Source: Octopus bimaculoides
Taxonomy: Eukaryota
Assembly (NCBI RefSeq): GCF_001194135.2
Contig: NC_069000.1
Span: forward strand, 38,702,444 to 38,766,443
Length of the DNA: 64,000 bases
Direction of reading: 5' to 3'
Under the pieces are notes generated by a model. It was not told where the DNA came from. It was given only the letters and a program-made list of their open reading frames with translations, and ran no database searches. The translations under genes and the position numbers were made by a program. How positions within the stretch are numbered: position 1 is the first letter of the stretch; the number at the start of each line of letters is the position of its first letter. Of the stretch, positions 62,894-64,000 are shown in pieces.

Positions 62894-62955
62894 CTTACTC
62901 GACGGTTCAGAATTCTTACTCGACGGATCAGAATTCTTACTCGACGGATCAAAAT
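62894..62955. repeat. 21-bp tandem repeat x about 3 (cttactcgacggatcagaatt)
   Basis: Directly visible. Confidence 0.9.
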
Positions 62956-63080
62956 GCTTCACGAAGGAGCGTGTACTAATGCGTTTGTAAATAATGTTGG
63001 CAGGTTAAGAGCTATCCTATGAATCAGAACGAAGTATTACATGTTAACAGTATCGACAATAGAAAATATAAGCTAGAATA

Positions 63081-63260
63081 TTGGTTTCAAATTTTGGTAC
63101 ACGGCTAGAAATTTAAGGGAAGTGGGTAAGTCGATTGCATTGACATCAGTGTTCAACTGGTATTTATTCTATCGATTTAGGCAGAATTTGAACTCAAAAC
63201 GTAAAGTCATACCAAATGTCGCTAAATATTTCCCCAATGTGCCAGCGATTCTGCCAGCTC
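63081..63260 (-). mobile_element. SINE family A, internally deleted
   Basis: ttggtttcaaattttggtacacggc...caactggtatttattctatcg...gcagaatttgaactcaaaacgtaaag...gattctgccagctc. Confidence 0.82.
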
Positions 63261-63479
63261 AGTTACTCAACCTAATAGTTCTCATAAGAGAAGTAGAAGC
63301 CGTTTTATTTAATTATGTTGTTGTGATATCGTAAGTTTAGTAATCAACATACGACACATTTCAGTCATATTGTTGCTGTTTGTCATATTATGTGTAGTAC
63401 CTATACTCATCTACATATCATTAAACAGTTCATTCTACTAGGGAGCTGTGAGGATTATATTTAAACACAAGCTAGGGAG

Positions 63480-63800
63480 GATTTATAGGTAGGGAACATA
63501 GGCGACAACCGGTTGCTACATAGTTTTAGTTAGTATGCTCACAATTATTGTCGATATAGTACAGCATATGAGGAGCCTGTTTATGCAGCGTTTCATATAG
63601 ATGTTTAAGGGGGGCCACTGGCTTTGTACAGAAGGTTAAGAGCAAGAGGAGATAGAGTATGATAGAAATAATAAAGGAGGCGGAGAAGAGGTCGTGTGGA
63701 ATAGTAGAAGGTTAAACAGACAAAAGGAGATAACGAAAGAATTGCACATCTACGTGAACAATACAGCAGACCCTGTTTAGCAGATGTCCGCTTGTATAGA
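63480..63800 (-). mobile_element. Probable CR1-type LINE RT C-terminal fragment (very degenerate)
   Basis: Minus strand gives ...SPLALNLLYKA...GSSYAVLYRQ, resembling F.SP..LL.LYKAQ.RP.MEY..H.W.GSS...L..LDR.Q. Confidence 0.4.
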
Positions 63801-64000
63801 AGAATACATTTATTGTTAAGTTGAAAGTAAGGCTGTGAAACTACAAAGGGAATTCACCTGTTACTTCTGAATACACTTTTGGCCGCATTCAGCAAAGTTT
63901 TCGATGGTAATTTTCATCAGGTCATTAATACGGAAGACAGATCGTCCTCTCAAGAAATGCTAATACAGAATAATATGATATATATATATATATATATATA

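Noticed and set aside
62894-62955. CRISPR-like appearance of short repeats
   Set aside because: Repeats are contiguous with no spacers, no cas genes, eukaryotic context.

Overview
AT-rich eukaryotic scaffold with about 13 N-gaps (almost all abutting (TA)n or (CA)n tracts), dense microsatellites and a heavy load of decayed transposable elements. The repeat families match what I recall of Octopus (coleoid cephalopod) genomes; this species assignment is recognition from memory, not a database result. No intact protein-coding gene can be identified, so the window looks intergenic or like a very large intron, and nearly all ORFs in the supplied track are artefacts of N-runs or microsatellites. Supported content: about 35 copies of three tRNA-derived SINE families (my labels A, B, C); fragments of RTE, CR1, RLE-type (R4/NeSL-like) and Penelope retroelements; Tc1/mariner and hAT transposase relics; several MITEs and fold-back elements. 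The most interesting signal is a set of minimal type-I hammerhead ribozyme motifs in three unrelated repeat contexts (33769-33828 +, 33030-33075 -, and a variant at 11943-11982 -), each with a different palindromic helix III, the architecture known for dimeric Penelope-associated hammerheads. Coordinates were read by eye and TE boundaries are approximate (within about 10-20 nt).
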